A DNA stretch of 64,000 bases. It comes from Pseudomonadota bacterium. Its GTDB lineage: Bacteria; Pseudomonadota; Gammaproteobacteria; Poriferisulfidales; JAYYZZ01. Positions 63,009 through 64,000 of this stretch are shown here, piece after piece. Where the stretch lies: NCBI GenBank assembly GCA_036687665.1, contig JAYYZZ010000002.1, forward strand, positions 20,405-84,404, given 5' to 3'. The position numbers and the translations under genes were made by a program. The stretch's first letter is position 1. Every line of letters starts with the position of its first letter. The notes under the pieces were generated by a model. That model did no database searches and had not been told where the DNA came from. It saw nothing but the letters and a program-made list of their open reading frames with translations.

Positions 63009-63716
63009 CTAGTAATTTTTGTAGCCCTCTAGTAGAGCTTCAAAGTTCTTTTTTTTATCTTGAGAGGTCATATTCTTAGATTTTTCTAGGGATCGTTGCA
63101 ATCTCTTTAAATTTTTTGTTTTCCAATTTTCTCCTTTTTTTATTTCTGATTTATCAAAATCAACAAGATAAAAATTTTGGTCAGAATCGATAAGTATATT
63201 ATTTGTATTTAAGTCTGCATGGAAAATTTTTTCGGCATGAAATTTTTTTATTACGCCCCCTAATTCTTTCCATAATTCTACACTTAGGCTATCCGCTGCA
63301 AGAAAAGTTTCTAAGTTTTTGGTATTTTTTATTCTTACTGTAATAATGTCTGTGCTATAAAAAAAAGGATATTTCTTTATACGCAAGGCAAAGGGCTGCG
63401 GAACGGGCAAGCCTTTTTGGTAAATAGCAGACAGTAGTTTCCATTCTTTCATGGAACGTGTTTTTTCTGCACCCCTCCACAAGTATCGATCTTTTAGTAT
63501 AGAAGCCATCTCTCCCCCGCGTTGGTAATGCTTCAAAGCAAATTCATGTTTTCCATGCCTAAAAAACCATACTGTTCCTCTTCCGCTGCTAACACTCAGT
63601 AATAAACCATGCTCATTCAAATAGGTTGGGCGGAACCAGTCTTCTATCATTTCTCCGCTTATACTTGGATCATAAATAATATGTTGCGTTTTTGTTTTAA
63701 TATGTTTAATTTTCAT
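63009..63716 (-). CDS. kdkA: Kdo kinase
   Basis: 235 aa. GRGTVWFF, LKHYQRGG, FHADLNTNNILID and LVDFDK blocks parallel Haemophilus KdkA as I recall it. Confidence 0.8.
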   Translation of the reverse strand: MKIKHIKTKTQHIIYDPSISGEMIEDWFRPTYLNEHGLLLSVSSGRGTVWFFRHGKHEFALKHYQRGGEMASILKDRYLWRGAEKTRSMKEWKLLSAIYQKGLPVPQPFALRIKKYPFFYSTDIITVRIKNTKNLETFLAADSLSVELWKELGGVIKKFHAEKIFHADLNTNNILIDSDQNFYLVDFDKSEIKKGENWKTKNLKRLQRSLEKSKNMTSQDKKKNFEALLEGYKNY

Positions 63717-63717
63717 T

Positions 63718-64000
63718 ATGCTACTCGATTTTAAAACACCGCCTAAATCAATTTGCCTTTTACGCTTATCAGCAATTGGTGATGTTACTCATATGCTACC
63801 AGTTATACATACTATCCGCACACATAGCCCTGAGACAAAGATAACCTGGATCATTGGCAAACCTGAAGCTAAATTAGTTGGTGATATTCCAAATGTCGAG
63901 TTTATCATTTTTGATAAAACAAAAGGATGGCGTTCATTTTTTAATTTGAAAAAGCATCTTCGTGAGAGAAAGTTCGATTTATTACTTTTAATGCAAGTTT
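63718..64000 (+). CDS. glycosyltransferase family 9 (heptosyltransferase-like), N-terminal fragment running off the window
   Basis: Translation MLLDFKTPPKSICLLRLSAIGDVTHMLPVIHTIRTH... carries the GT9 N-terminal motif (R.SA.GDV.H..P). Not in the ORF track because it is partial. Confidence 0.75.
   Translation, partial: MLLDFKTPPKSICLLRLSAIGDVTHMLPVIHTIRTHSPETKITWIIGKPEAKLVGDIPNVEFIIFDKTKGWRSFFNLKKHLRERKFDLLLLMQV

Noticed and set aside
63051-63368. Homopolymer runs (T8 near 63051 and A8 near 63358 in kdkA; T8 near 49343 in the Aas-like gene; C6/G6 in the lipoprotein SD at 16814-16819), considered as phase-variation tracts.
   Set aside because: Runs of 6-8 A/T are expected in an AT-rich genome and are below the lengths usually linked to slipped-strand switching. 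All affected ORFs are intact.

Overview
This is an AT-rich, very gene-dense chromosomal segment from a Gammaproteobacterium. Rho, RpoH, Fis and RNase R blocks align closely with the E. coli proteins as I recall them. The gene orders tkt-gap-pgk-pyk-fba(class I) and rpsF-rpsR-membrane protein-rplI-dnaB resemble Legionellales/Coxiellaceae-type genomes, but that is only a taxonomic guess. I call about 70 protein genes, nearly all housekeeping. They cover fatty-acid and biotin carboxylase (accBC), purine (purHD), rho/trxA, folate (folB, folK, pteridine reductase), ribosomal proteins (rpmBG, rpsF, rpsR, rplI), glnK-amtB, a glycolysis/pentose-phosphate block, acs, heme A/O synthesis, rpoH, ftsEX, M16 peptidases, rsmD-coaD, mutM, bioC/bioD, ispG, pyrC, cysS, hisI, lplT plus an acyl-ACP-synthetase-like gene, dnaB, rlmB, an RNase R homologue, thiC with a TPP riboswitch, and tolC-waaA-kdkA-GT9 envelope genes. 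I saw no rRNA or tRNA genes, CRISPR arrays, IS elements, integrases, phage genes or recognisable defence, secretion or toxin islands. I therefore cannot point to a convincing new multi-gene system. The most unusual things are: (1) an RNase R homologue reduced to its RNB+S1 core, 9 nt behind a riboswitch-controlled thiC; (2) the only large non-coding gap (about 460 bp), which holds an untracked 26-codon hydrophobic ORF with a strong promoter, a palindromic operator-like site and a downstream element with mutually exclusive hairpins; (3) four adjacent genes for exported peptidoglycan-peptide hydrolase-like proteins (M14 plus Csd6-like); (4) a small non-core islet with a Cys-rich lipoprotein, an FkbO/XanB2-type chorismatase and an orphan ORF; (5) a polytopic membrane protein in the priB position of the S6 operon. 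All calls rest on reading the translations and sequence by eye; no database search was possible.
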